Part shown: one piece after another, positions 21,142 to 30,208 of the stretch | How the letters are laid out: every line of letters begins with the position of its first letter | Numbering within the stretch: position 1 is the first letter of the stretch | Source: Barnesiella sp. | Lineage (GTDB): Bacteria; Bacteroidota; Bacteroidia; Bacteroidales; Muribaculaceae | Reading direction: 5' to 3' | DNA: 64,000 nucleotides | Assembly (NCBI GenBank): GCA_014801075.1 | Contig: JAAVEW010000020.1 | Location: 94,037-158,036 of the forward strand | Notes under the pieces: model-generated | What the model was told of the DNA's origin: nothing | The model's database searches: none | Seen by the model: only the letters and a program-made list of their open reading frames with translations | Made by a program: the position numbers and the translations under genes

Positions 21142-21374
21142 GGGCAACCGTCGTCAATTGCCGCAGGCTGCTGTCAGACTCCGTTCCCCCGATATTTGTT
21201 AATGCTTAACCCCCACAGCGTTAACAAATATTGGGGAACGGTGTGTTAATTAATTTAGTTAAAGATGTTATTTTTGGAAATAAATCTGTAAATTTGCAAT
21301 GTTAATAATCAGGTGAACGCGACCGAGGGTCGCGGACCGAACGAATATATAAACATACTTAATATATTACAATT

Positions 21375-22310
21375 ATGTCAAAGGTAACAGTTGTAGGCGC
21401 CGGTAATGTAGGCGCAACTTGTGCAAACGTGTTGGTGACTTGTCAGATCGCCGACGAAGTAGTTCTTCTCGACATCAAGGAAGGTGTATCGGAAGGTAAG
21501 GCTATGGATATCATGCAGACAGCAAATATCCTCGGTCTGCAGAGCCGTCTCAGCGGTGTGACCAACGACTACGAAAAGACAGCCGACAGCGACGTAGTGG
21601 TTATCACTTCAGGTATTCCCCGCAAGCCCGGTATGACCCGCGAAGAACTCATCGGTGTGAACGCAGGTATCGTTAAGTCAGTAACAGAGAACGTACTCAA
21701 ATACTCTCCCAACGCCGTTATCCTCTGCGTTTCCAACCCCATGGACACCATGACCTATCTTATCCACAAGACTTCAGGTCTGCCCAAAAACCGTATCATC
21801 GGTATGGGTGGCGCGCTCGACTCAGCCCGTTTCAAATATTTCCTGAGCAACGCCCTCGGTGCCAACGCTACTGAAGTAGAAGGTATCGTAATCGGCGGCC
21901 ACGGTGACACTACCATGATTCCTTTGACCCGCTACGCTGCTTACCGCGGTGTGCCCGCTTCAGAGTATCTCTCTGAGGAGAAACTCGGCGAAGTAGCTGC
22001 CAACACTATGGTAGGCGGTGCTACCCTTACCAAGCTCCTCGGCACTTCGGCATGGTATGCTCCCGGTGCTGCATCGGCTCAGGTAGTAGGCGCAGTGCTC
22101 CACGACCAGAAGAAACTCATCTCTTGCTCTGCACTTCTCGACGGCGAGTACGGCGAAAGCGACCTCTGCATCGGTGTTCCCTGTATCATCGGCAAGAACG
22201 GTATCGAGAAAATCGTTGAATTTGACCTCAACGACGCTGAGAAAGACCTCTTCAAGAAGAGCGCAGAAGCTGTTCACAAAACCAACGCTGCCCTCGCAGG
22301 CGCTCTCTAA
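21375..22310 (+). CDS. mdh: Malate dehydrogenase
   Basis: VVGAGNVG, PRKPGMTREEL, VSNPMD, LDSARF and GGHGD motifs. Confidence 0.95.
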   Translation: MSKVTVVGAGNVGATCANVLVTCQIADEVVLLDIKEGVSEGKAMDIMQTANILGLQSRLSGVTNDYEKTADSDVVVITSGIPRKPGMTREELIGVNAGIVKSVTENVLKYSPNAVILCVSNPMDTMTYLIHKTSGLPKNRIIGMGGALDSARFKYFLSNALGANATEVEGIVIGGHGDTTMIPLTRYAAYRGVPASEYLSEEKLGEVAANTMVGGATLTKLLGTSAWYAPGAASAQVVGAVLHDQKKLISCSALLDGEYGESDLCIGVPCIIGKNGIEKIVEFDLNDAEKDLFKKSAEAVHKTNAALAGAL

Positions 22311-22323
22311 TCAGTCATAGATT

Positions 22324-22767
22324 ATGAAGATGCTCAAATCATTGCTCATGGCGATGGTTGCCGTAGCCGGCCTCTCGATGGCTTCGTGCGGCGGCAATGC
22401 CGACAGCAAGGATAATGCCGAGGCTAAGACCGAAGCTCAGGCCGAAGAGACTTCGACCGACAAGGCTCCCCTTGATCTCGACAATCTGAAGGCTGACCTT
22501 ACGGTTGTTGACTTCAACGCCGTGTGGTGTGGTCCCTGCAAGCAGTTTGCACCCATCTTCGAGGCTGCCGCCGAGAAGTATGCCGGAAAGATTGACTTCG
22601 TTGAAGTTGATATTGACAACTATCCCGAGCTCGCCGAGCATTTCGGCGTTGAGGCTATCCCTATGGTAGTGCTTCTCGATAGCAATGGTAATGTTGTAAA
22701 TCAGAATGTCGGCTTCATGGATGCTGACCAGTTTGAGATGTTCCTTAGCGGCAAAATAGAAGAATAA
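22324..22767 (+). CDS. Thioredoxin-family lipoprotein
   Basis: Lipobox MASC; WCGPC active site. Confidence 0.9.
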   Translation: MKMLKSLLMAMVAVAGLSMASCGGNADSKDNAEAKTEAQAEETSTDKAPLDLDNLKADLTVVDFNAVWCGPCKQFAPIFEAAAEKYAGKIDFVEVDIDNYPELAEHFGVEAIPMVVLLDSNGNVVNQNVGFMDADQFEMFLSGKIEE

Positions 22768-22791
22768 GATACTGCCACAGTATATTATACC

Positions 22792-22827
22792 GAGCGCGGA
22801 CCGTCAACGGCCCGCGTTCATTTTTTT
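22792..22827 (+). terminator. Intrinsic terminator after thioredoxin
   Basis: GAGCGCGG...CCGCGTTC hairpin followed by T7. Confidence 0.55.
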
Positions 22828-23008
22828 ATCGGACAGCAATAACTCTTTTGCAGTGGCGGGGTGTCGCGGCCGTACTGCCGGGTGGGATGTATTTGGCTTT
22901 TTTGCGGGAGAGCGTGAACAATGGCGGGGGTGGGGGCGTTTTATTGGGGAAGAGTGCCTGAGAGGCCTCTTCGCAGGATTAAAGAATTAAAAGGAGATTT
23001 GTGTAACT

Positions 23009-23176
23009 ATGAAAACTGACAAACACACAGCCGTTAAGGTTGAAACCGTAAAGGATCAGATTGTGATCGATAGCGACGATGTGCGCTATGCCGAAGAGTT
23101 GGCTGTGCGCCGTGGTCACGGTATGGAAAATGAGGGTGAAATCGTCATCGAGACACCTCAGTCCGGCAACCGTTAA
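23009..23176 (+). CDS. Small hypothetical protein, 55 aa (MKTDKHTAVKVETVKDQ...), below the ORF-track cutoff
   Basis: ATG after an A-rich leader, host-like codon use, stop at 23174-23176 followed by a strong hairpin. Confidence 0.5.
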   Translation: MKTDKHTAVKVETVKDQIVIDSDDVRYAEELAVRRGHGMENEGEIVIETPQSGNR

Positions 23177-23193
23177 AACGGGATTATTAACAG

Positions 23194-23231
23194 CGACAGC
23201 GCCGCAAGCCATCAGGCTTGCGGCGCTGTCG
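23194..23231. terminator. Hairpin between convergent genes
   Basis: Perfect 17-bp IR CGACAGCGCCGCAAGCC/GGCTTGCGGCGCTGTCG. Confidence 0.7.
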
Positions 23232-23268
23232 TGTATGGGTGTTACACAGATTGTTTCTTGGGGGCGCG

Positions 23269-23736
23269 TTATTTCTTGGGGGCGCGCTTGTTATGGTGGT
23301 AGCGGAGCAGCTGCATGTTGAAGTCGCGCTCTACCTTGCGCAGTTCAAAGAGTTGTTTCTTTGAAAGGATGTCGTTGAGCTTCTCGTAGTATTCCTGCTC
23401 GATGGCTGCTTCCTTGCTTTTGACTTCGAGGAGGGTGCGGGTAGCCATCTCGTACTCTATGTCGGTGATTGACCCTGCGGGTGCGTCGTAGATTTTGGTT
23501 TCGACGGCGCGGGCTTCGTCGTTGAGAGCGGTGACGGCGTCGTCCATATTGTCGTAGACGTCGAAGAATGATGCCGCTTGCTCGCGCGAGAGGTCAAGGC
23601 GCTTGCGGAAGAAGTTGTGCTTGTACTCGCGTATGTCGTCGCGATACTGCTTCAGGTTGTTCTTCTGGGCCGAAGCCGGGAGCGAGCAGAAGCATATGGC
23701 TGCGAGGAGCAGCAGTATGGTTGAAATGCGTTTCAT
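23269..23736 (-). CDS. Secreted helical protein of the ECF sigma cassette (Spy/CpxP-like)
   Basis: Signal peptide MKRISTILLLLAAICFCSLPASA; LDLSREQAASFF; start set at 23736. Confidence 0.65.
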   Translation of the reverse strand: MKRISTILLLLAAICFCSLPASAQKNNLKQYRDDIREYKHNFFRKRLDLSREQAASFFDVYDNMDDAVTALNDEARAVETKIYDAPAGSITDIEYEMATRTLLEVKSKEAAIEQEYYEKLNDILSKKQLFELRKVERDFNMQLLRYHHNKRAPKK

Positions 23737-23779
23737 CGGATAGTTGTTTTTTGAAGCCGGTATTGTTTTTTTGTTATCG

Positions 23780-24241
23780 TCAGATGGAGTCGTCGTTGAG
23801 GTCGAAGTCAACGCTGTAGTCAAATGCGTCGTCGTCGAGGGTGAACGCTTCATCGCTGTCATCGTCGCCGAAATGGAGCTCTTCGATAAGGTCGTACTGG
23901 TCGACTCCGGGATAGAGGTAATCATCGACAAAGGCAGCGTCGTTGAGCGCTGTCATCACACCGGGGTAGTTGCGGATGTCGGTGAGGTCGGGGCCGGGTC
24001 CGGAAAGGATGCCGAACATCTTCATCATGCACCATATGCCGGCAAACATGGCGGCCATGTAGGCATAGGGGCGCACTTTGTGCCAGAATGAGCGCCGGGG
24101 CTCGGGGGCGAGGATGTCGGCGGGAGCGGCCTCGGGCAGCGATTCCGACATGCGTGAAATGAAGCTGTCGAAATACCCCTCGGGTACCGTCATGCCGTCG
24201 CGGCGTCCGATTTTATCGAGTATGTCGTTGGTTTCTTTCAT
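23780..24241 (-). CDS. Putative anti-sigma-like membrane protein
   Basis: DGMTVPEGYFDSF motif plus a TM segment, directly downstream of the ECF sigma; start set at 24241. Confidence 0.65.
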   Translation of the reverse strand: MKETNDILDKIGRRDGMTVPEGYFDSFISRMSESLPEAAPADILAPEPRRSFWHKVRPYAYMAAMFAGIWCMMKMFGILSGPGPDLTDIRNYPGVMTALNDAAFVDDYLYPGVDQYDLIEELHFGDDDSDEAFTLDDDAFDYSVDFDLNDDSI

Positions 24242-24362
24242 AGAGAGATTGTGTTTTGTTTTTGAAGCTGTGGCACGCATCGGCTGCTTGGCGCAGAGCG
24301 CTGCCGGGGGGTGCCTGTTTTATTATTGTTGTTACGTTTAGACTGCGGGGTGTGAAAAAAGT

Positions 24363-24923
24363 TTAATCGATGTCGGCAAAATGTTGCTCTATTTTTTTTA
24401 CCGCGAGGTGGTAGGAGCTTTTGAGAGCGCCTACCGAGGTGCCGAGTATCTCCGACATCTGCTCGTATTTCATCTCGTCGTAGTAGCGCATGTTGAATAC
24501 GAGGCGCTGCTTCTCGGGGAGCGACGCGATGGCTTTGCGCAGCTCCAGGGCGAGGGAGTCGCCGTCGATGTTGGTGTCGGCCTCGATGGCGTTGATGAGC
24601 AGGGAGGCTTCGTCGTCGATGGAGATGTTGTTGCGGCGGCGTTCGCGGGCAAGGAATGTAAGGCTCTCGTTGATGGCTATCTTGTAGAGCCATGTCGAGA
24701 GCTTGGCATCGCCGCGGAAGTTGGAGAGCGATGTCCAGGCTTTGATGAATGTTTCCTGAAGAATGTCGTTGGCGTCGTCGTGGCTCTCGATCATGCGCCT
24801 TATCTGCCAGTATAGCGGCTCGGTGTATGCGGCAATCACTTCGGTGAATGCGTCGCGGGCTGTCGAGGCGTCGCGCAGACGCTCGATGAGCTCGGGAGAG
24901 TCTTTTACCGGTTGTTTTGACAT
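24363..24923 (-). CDS. ECF RNA polymerase sigma-70 factor
   Basis: DANDILQETFIKAW, STWLYKIAIN, LPEKQRLVF and SVGALKSSYH motifs. Confidence 0.92.
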   Translation of the reverse strand: MSKQPVKDSPELIERLRDASTARDAFTEVIAAYTEPLYWQIRRMIESHDDANDILQETFIKAWTSLSNFRGDAKLSTWLYKIAINESLTFLARERRRNNISIDDEASLLINAIEADTNIDGDSLALELRKAIASLPEKQRLVFNMRYYDEMKYEQMSEILGTSVGALKSSYHLAVKKIEQHFADID

Positions 24924-25052
24924 CGTGGGATTGTTTTTTGTGGAGTGTAAAGTTAATCAAATTTTTTTTATTACGCAATAATAACTAATTTTGTAAGTCG
25001 AATAATCAACTTAAAAAATGGCTTGGACGGGTGAACCGGGCTGTAACTGTTT

Positions 25053-27308
25053 TTGCGTGTGAAAAAGATTGCAATATGCACGGGCCTTGCATTGGCGGTT
25101 GTGATAACCGCGAAGGCCGCAGCCGTGCCTGCTCCGTCGGGGGCGGCATCGGAGTATATCGATTCGGTTGTAGGACTTGACGAGGTGTCGGTGTCGGTGA
25201 TAAAGTCGACATCGGGGGCCGCGTTCCCCTCTACGGTGACTACCGTAGGACCGGAGATGATAGAACGCTTCGATATTGACGGTGTGAAGGGGGTCAGCGA
25301 GATTGCGCCCAACTTCTACATGCCTCAGTATGGCTCGCGCATGACATCATCAATCTACGTGCGCGGTCTCGGCACGCGTATCGACCAGCCCGTGGTCGCG
25401 CTCAATGTCGACAACGTGCCCATGCTCAATAAGGACAGCTACGACTTCACGATGGCCGATCTCGACAGAATAGAGGTGGTGCGTGGTCCGCAGAGTATCC
25501 TTTACGGACGCAACTCGATAGGCGGTGTCATCAACATGTCCACCCTGTCACCGCTCAAGTATCAGGGCATCAAGGCGCTGGCCGAATATGGCTCGGGCAA
25601 CTCGTGGCGCGCCTCACTCTCGGCCTACCGCAAGCTGTCATCCCGGCTGGGTGTCGCTATAGGCGGAGCGTTCAACTCCACTGACGGTTTCTTCCGCAAT
25701 CTCTACACAGGCAAGAAGGTCGACACTGACCGCACGTGGCTCGGCCGCACCAAAGTGGCGTGGCGCCCGTCGTCGCGTTTCCTGCTTGAGAACAGCGCCT
25801 GGGTAAGCTCCACCCGCCAGGGCGGTTACCCCTATCAGTCGCTCGCAACGGGTGAGATAAACCACAACGATACATGTTATTACGACCGCACTACGGTGGT
25901 TGATGGCCTGACGGCACGCTATTTCGGCGACAATATATCGATGTCGTCGATAACCTCGTTCCAGTATATCAACGACAACATGACCCTCGACCAGGACTTC
26001 CTGCCGCAGGATTACTTCACCCTTACCCAGAAGCGCCACGAGTGGACCCTCTCGCAGGACTTCATCGTCAAGGGCGCGGCCGGGTCATACCGTTACCTCG
26101 GCGGTCTCTTCGGATTCTACAAGCGCGGCAACATGTCGGCACCCGTGACGTTCAAGGACTACGGTATCAAGACACTTATCGAGGACAATGCCAACACCCC
26201 CGGCTCGCCGATGCAGATACGCTGGAACGAACGCAGCATGCTGCTTGCGTCAGATTTCATGATGCCCAACTGGGGCGTGGCCCTCTACCACCAGAGCGAA
26301 TATGAGTGGAAGGGGTGGAAGGCGTCGCTCGGCCTGCGTCTGGCCTTCGAGCGCAGCGCCATCGACTACCACAGCTATGTCAACACGGGGCTTACGCTCT
26401 TCATGCAGCAGGGCCCGGTGATGATACCGCTGCGACAGATTGACGTGGACCTCGACCTCGCCGACCGACTGCACCAGACGTCGCTTCAGCTGCTCCCCGA
26501 ATTGAAACTGTCATATAACTTCACCCCCTCCACAGCTGTAGGCTTCGTGATTTCAAAGGGCTACAAGGCGGGAGGCTACAACACCCAGATGTTCTCCGAC
26601 ATCCTGCAGCAGAGCCTTATGGGCATGATGGGCGGCGAGCAGAAATATGATGTTGACGAAATCATCTCCTACAAGCCCGAGATGAGCTGGAACTATGAAC
26701 TCAATGCCACTACATCGCTCTTCGACCATACGCTCGACCTCGACGCGGCTCTCTTCTTTATCGACTGCCGCGACCAGCAGATGACGATGTTTCCCGCCGG
26801 AAGCACCACCGGCCGCGTGATGGCCAATGCAGGCCGCACCCACTCCAAGGGTGTGGAGGTGTCGGCGACGTGGCGTCCCGACAACCATTTCACGGTCAAC
26901 GCTTCCTACGGGCATGCCGACGCGCGCTTCCGCCGCTTCAACAACGGCCTCGTTGACTGCAAGGGCAACCACGTGCCCTATGCGCCTGTCAATACGCTCT
27001 TCGGGTCGGTGACCTACGGCACTGACGTCAACACGTCGTGGCTCCGTCGCGTGGAGGTCAACGCCAACTGCCGCGGTGTGGGCCGCATCTACTGGGACGA
27101 GGAGAACACCGTCAGCCAGCCCTTCTACGCGCTGATGGGCCTCTCGGTCAACTTCCGCCTGCCCGTGGTTGACATGGAGCTGTGGGGCGAGAATATCACC
27201 CGCACCAAGTATTCGACATTCTACTTCGAGTCAATAGGCAACCGGTTCGTGCAGCGCGGCAATCCCCGACGTTTCGGCGTTACGTTCCGCATGGATTTCG
27301 CAATGTAG
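25053..27308 (+). CDS. TonB-dependent receptor
   Basis: LDEVSV TonB-box region, IEVVRGPQSILYGRNSIGGVIN plug motif. Exact start uncertain. Confidence 0.9.
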   Translation: MRVKKIAICTGLALAVVITAKAAAVPAPSGAASEYIDSVVGLDEVSVSVIKSTSGAAFPSTVTTVGPEMIERFDIDGVKGVSEIAPNFYMPQYGSRMTSSIYVRGLGTRIDQPVVALNVDNVPMLNKDSYDFTMADLDRIEVVRGPQSILYGRNSIGGVINMSTLSPLKYQGIKALAEYGSGNSWRASLSAYRKLSSRLGVAIGGAFNSTDGFFRNLYTGKKVDTDRTWLGRTKVAWRPSSRFLLENSAWVSSTRQGGYPYQSLATGEINHNDTCYYDRTTVVDGLTARYFGDNISMSSITSFQYINDNMTLDQDFLPQDYFTLTQKRHEWTLSQDFIVKGAAGSYRYLGGLFGFYKRGNMSAPVTFKDYGIKTLIEDNANTPGSPMQIRWNERSMLLASDFMMPNWGVALYHQSEYEWKGWKASLGLRLAFERSAIDYHSYVNTGLTLFMQQGPVMIPLRQIDVDLDLADRLHQTSLQLLPELKLSYNFTPSTAVGFVISKGYKAGGYNTQMFSDILQQSLMGMMGGEQKYDVDEIISYKPEMSWNYELNATTSLFDHTLDLDAALFFIDCRDQQMTMFPAGSTTGRVMANAGRTHSKGVEVSATWRPDNHFTVNASYGHADARFRRFNNGLVDCKGNHVPYAPVNTLFGSVTYGTDVNTSWLRRVEVNANCRGVGRIYWDEENTVSQPFYALMGLSVNFRLPVVDMELWGENITRTKYSTFYFESIGNRFVQRGNPRRFGVTFRMDFAM

Positions 27309-27479
27309 GCCGGGCGTCAATGAAACAATGGAAGCCACGGCGTCAATAAAATATCGTGAAACGGGGTATAACTCCCTGTCGATACAATATTTGCCGACCG
27401 ACGCCGTTATCTATATTGCATGTACCCGTCATGCGTAATTTCAAAAATTTTAATTTAATACATAAATTTTTTTGTTTTC

Positions 27480-28343
27480 ATGAAAATCCTCAAGACTTCA
27501 TTAGTGGCACTGGCTGCGGCCTTCGCTCTCTCATCATGTGACTCGGACGGCGGCAAGGAAACCAGGCAGTACACCTACCGCAACAATGTCACCTATGTCA
27601 ATGACGTGGCTAACAATACATCGGTTGCGACCGATGCCGCAACCTACGTGGTGGAATATGACTTCGTAAGCGCCAAGGCTAAGGTTGAAATCAAAGACCT
27701 CCGTCTCAGCGAAAACGCCACGCCCATGAATCTCCTGATACAGAACGCATCGTTCGGCTACAGCGGCGAGACAGGTTCTACCATCATCACTCTTCCCAAC
27801 GCAGTGTCGGTGGTTGGTGGCGAGACTCACACCATCTCCAACTTCAAGCTGTCGCAGACAGTTGCCTATCTCAATGCCCTCGGCGGCGAAGTGACCTACT
27901 ACTCCATCTCTTTCCTGCTTGACAATCAGTACACCGTTACGGCTGTGCAGACCGCCGCTGTGCTGCCCGGCACCACCATCGTGGCCAATAACGACGGTAA
28001 CATCCTCGAGACCACTTCGCGTCCGTACTACTCCTACGTGCTTGATTCCGAAAAGAAAACGGCTACGCTTACCGCCTACGGTCTGCGCGTCGAAGGCGTG
28101 ACTTACGCGTCACTCAGCTTTGAAAATCTCCCCTACACTCTGACCCCCGCCGGTATCAGTATCAACATAGAGGACGATGTGACCGCCAAGCAGCTCGCCT
28201 CTAACGGCGAACCCTTCGTGGCCAAAGCCCTCAGCATGGATTCAAAGTATGACGCATCGACCCAGATACGCATTCAGACTGCCAACAACCTTGTGACCGC
28301 GAGCCTCTCATACCGCGTTCAGCAGTCAACCCCCTCCAACTAA
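27480..28343 (+). CDS. Hypothetical lipoprotein
   Basis: Lipobox LSSC; 287 aa with host-like codon use. Confidence 0.75.
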   Translation: MKILKTSLVALAAAFALSSCDSDGGKETRQYTYRNNVTYVNDVANNTSVATDAATYVVEYDFVSAKAKVEIKDLRLSENATPMNLLIQNASFGYSGETGSTIITLPNAVSVVGGETHTISNFKLSQTVAYLNALGGEVTYYSISFLLDNQYTVTAVQTAAVLPGTTIVANNDGNILETTSRPYYSYVLDSEKKTATLTAYGLRVEGVTYASLSFENLPYTLTPAGISINIEDDVTAKQLASNGEPFVAKALSMDSKYDASTQIRIQTANNLVTASLSYRVQQSTPSN

Positions 28344-28389
28344 TCTTCGGAACTGTTCCCCATATCGCTGACATGCGTCAGCGGAAAAC

Positions 28390-28423
28390 GCATCCCGAAA
28401 GCCGGCCAAGGCTTTCGGGATGC
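28390..28423. terminator. Hairpin after the lipoprotein gene
   Basis: Perfect 14-bp IR GCATCCCGAAAGCC/GGCTTTCGGGATGC. Confidence 0.6.
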
Positions 28424-28511
28424 TTCTGTTTTAGGAAAATAGCGCCGAAAAGTTATGATTATGGCGAGGATTTCAGTATATTTGTCGGTATGACGATATT
28501 GATGGACTGGT

Positions 28512-28727
28512 ATGGAGATATGGATTCTGGTATTTGTGGTTGTCATTGTTTTAAAGGCAATTAAAATTCCGACGAAAAGTTCGGGTGGGACAACGATGCG
28601 CAGGCTACGTTCGCGCCGACGTGCAACGGGCTCAAGAGCACATGGATTGCCGTGGATGGACCCCAATTACAAGAAAGCTATGAAACAAAAAGAGAGGATG
28701 CGCAACTCTAATAAGTTCTTAACGTAA
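28512..28727 (+). CDS. Small single-TM Arg-rich protein (paralog of prophage gene 63471-63638)
   Basis: MEIWILVFVVVIVLKAIKIPT...GLPWMDPNYKK; TATATTTG at 28477-28484 upstream. Confidence 0.7.
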   Translation: MEIWILVFVVVIVLKAIKIPTKSSGGTTMRRLRSRRRATGSRAHGLPWMDPNYKKAMKQKERMRNSNKFLT

Positions 28728-28781
28728 ACATGCTCTAAGAGCGGAGTGTGCAAAACCAACTCCGTTTTTGTTGCGGTAAAA

Positions 28782-28832
28782 AAAAGCATCAGGAGGGTGT
28801 AACTTGTTGAGTTACACCCTCCTGATGCTTTT
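28782..28832 (-). terminator. Terminator of the interrupted tRNA locus
   Basis: Perfect 22-bp IR 28782-28803/28811-28832 with an A-run on + (U-tract on -), immediately after the tRNA-like CCA end. Confidence 0.75.
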
Positions 28833-28849
28833 GGTCGGGGTGACAGGAT
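28832..28849 (-). repeat. Prophage att core: duplicated 3' 18 nt of a tRNA-Pro
   Basis: The minus strand reads ATCCTGTCACCCCGACCA (T-stem, acceptor stem and CCA typical of tRNA-Pro). No rest of a tRNA follows; phage genes begin 60 bp away. Confidence 0.75.
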
Positions 28850-28910
28850 AGTTCGCCCCGTTTTGGTGGCATTTTCGAGCTTGTTTTTGAATTGATTTTA
28901 TGTGAGTTTC

Positions 28911-29303
28911 TCAGGTATTCTGTTCCGATTCCGTTCCGATTCTAAGTCCCGATGCAGCCAGTAATACCTGGATTAAGCGTTCCTTTTCCGCAAGCAGGTC
29001 AAGGAGCGCTTGCTTTTCTTTAATTTGGTGCTCTGCTCCTATGGTTACAGTAGCTGAACCGACGGTAGTATGAGCACTGATGTCGGAGTATTTCTTGATT
29101 GTGCCATGTGGTACCTCAAATGCGTCGGCCGGGTTCAGCCCTGATGCTAAACATAGTTTCTCCCATAACTCGCAATCCATTGTGGGCTTGGCAAATATGG
29201 TCGATAAGTAGTTGTAGGATATATGTGCGGCCTCTGCGACCTCTCGTTTTTTTATGTTTTGGGATTCAATGTGTTTTTTGAGTAATTTTCCAAGATGTTT
29301 CAT
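28911..29303 (-). CDS. CI-like XRE HTH repressor
   Basis: N-terminal HTH (KKREVAEAAHISYNYLSTIF), divergent from a Cro-like ORF. Confidence 0.75.
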   Translation of the reverse strand: MKHLGKLLKKHIESQNIKKREVAEAAHISYNYLSTIFAKPTMDCELWEKLCLASGLNPADAFEVPHGTIKKYSDISAHTTVGSATVTIGAEHQIKEKQALLDLLAEKERLIQVLLAASGLRIGTESEQNT

Positions 29304-29335
29304 GTCTCAAAATGTTAAATAAGATTAAACTAATC

Positions 29336-29375
29336 GAGAATAACATTCTCAAATAGTTAAACTTTCAACTATTTG
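29336..29375. promoter_or_regulatory. Candidate repressor operators in the divergent intergenic region
   Basis: IRs GAGAAT-N3-ATTCTC (29336-29350) and CAAATAGTT-N8-AACTATTTG (29350-29375). Confidence 0.45.
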
Positions 29376-29427
29376 TTGTTACTTTGCTTTCGTAAATATA
29401 CGACAACAATTTTACTTTTCCAAGCAT

Positions 29428-29637
29428 ATGACAGCAAATGAGGCTCTTGACCAATACCTAAAATCGCTTGAATCTAAGGAGCGAGCTATCAAATCGCGTG
29501 ATATACGCTACTTATGCCAGAAAACGAGTAGCGTTCTATACGACTGGAAGAAGGGGAGAACTCCTATTCCCAGTGTATATCGCGACAAAATTATTGAAGC
29601 AGTTGGAATAAATATATTTGAAAATGTCGCAAATTGA
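29428..29637 (+). CDS. Cro-like small HTH protein
   Basis: 69 aa, first gene of the rightward operon, VLYDWKKGRTPIP. Confidence 0.6.
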   Translation: MTANEALDQYLKSLESKERAIKSRDIRYLCQKTSSVLYDWKKGRTPIPSVYRDKIIEAVGINIFENVAN

Positions 29638-29647
29638 TTAAATTGAC

Positions 29648-30208
29648 ATGAACAGGCCATTAACGGATATAGAATTTTTTTCATACGAAGGAGAAGTTTG
29701 GTATCGACACCGGGATTCTACTCTTAACCTCCTTCGTGAAGCTGACACCAATATCCTTGACGCGCTCATGGATACTATCTCGACTTTCTACCCCAAAGCT
29801 TATGAAGCGTTGTGTGCAGAATATAAAGGCTGCGCGCTTAATCGGTCGTATTATCGCTTCCGTATAGCCTGTCGATTTATTCGGTGCAACTTTGCACAAT
29901 TGGATAATATCCCGGATGTCGCGGACGGGTGCCAGTGCTCTTTCGAATATGTGCCTTGCCCTCTTCGTGGTGAGTGCCGGCACGAGAGAATTATCTGTCG
30001 CCCCGAGTTCGACCATAAATTATCAGTGGCCGAGATACCGGTCCTTAAGTTATGGTACAATGGACTTTCTGTCGATGAAATCGCAGCGCAGCTGTGTCTC
30101 TCTCCCCATACTATTCATAATCACATTCGCCATGCGTATCAACGGCTCAATATCCACACTAAAAGTGAATTTGTCAGATATGCCTCTCAACACAACTTGT
30201 TCACATGA
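29648..30208 (+). CDS. Transcription regulator with C-terminal LuxR-type HTH and Cys-rich N-domain
   Basis: GLSVDEIAAQLCLSPHTIHNHIRHAYQRLNI; CPLRGEC...C. Confidence 0.8.
   Translation: MNRPLTDIEFFSYEGEVWYRHRDSTLNLLREADTNILDALMDTISTFYPKAYEALCAEYKGCALNRSYYRFRIACRFIRCNFAQLDNIPDVADGCQCSFEYVPCPLRGECRHERIICRPEFDHKLSVAEIPVLKLWYNGLSVDEIAAQLCLSPHTIHNHIRHAYQRLNIHTKSEFVRYASQHNLFT

Noticed and set aside
22979-23212. Minus-strand 77-aa ORF from the ORF track
   Set aside because: Poor start and composition; the + strand ORF 23009-23176, with A-rich leader and downstream hairpin, fits better.
28832-28860. Intact tRNA gene
   Set aside because: Only the last 18 nt match; there is no T-loop GTTCRA in register and no D or anticodon arms.
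28850-29303. Integrase next to att
   Set aside because: The only ORF here is a 130-aa HTH repressor. No tyrosine or serine recombinase motifs were seen in the window.
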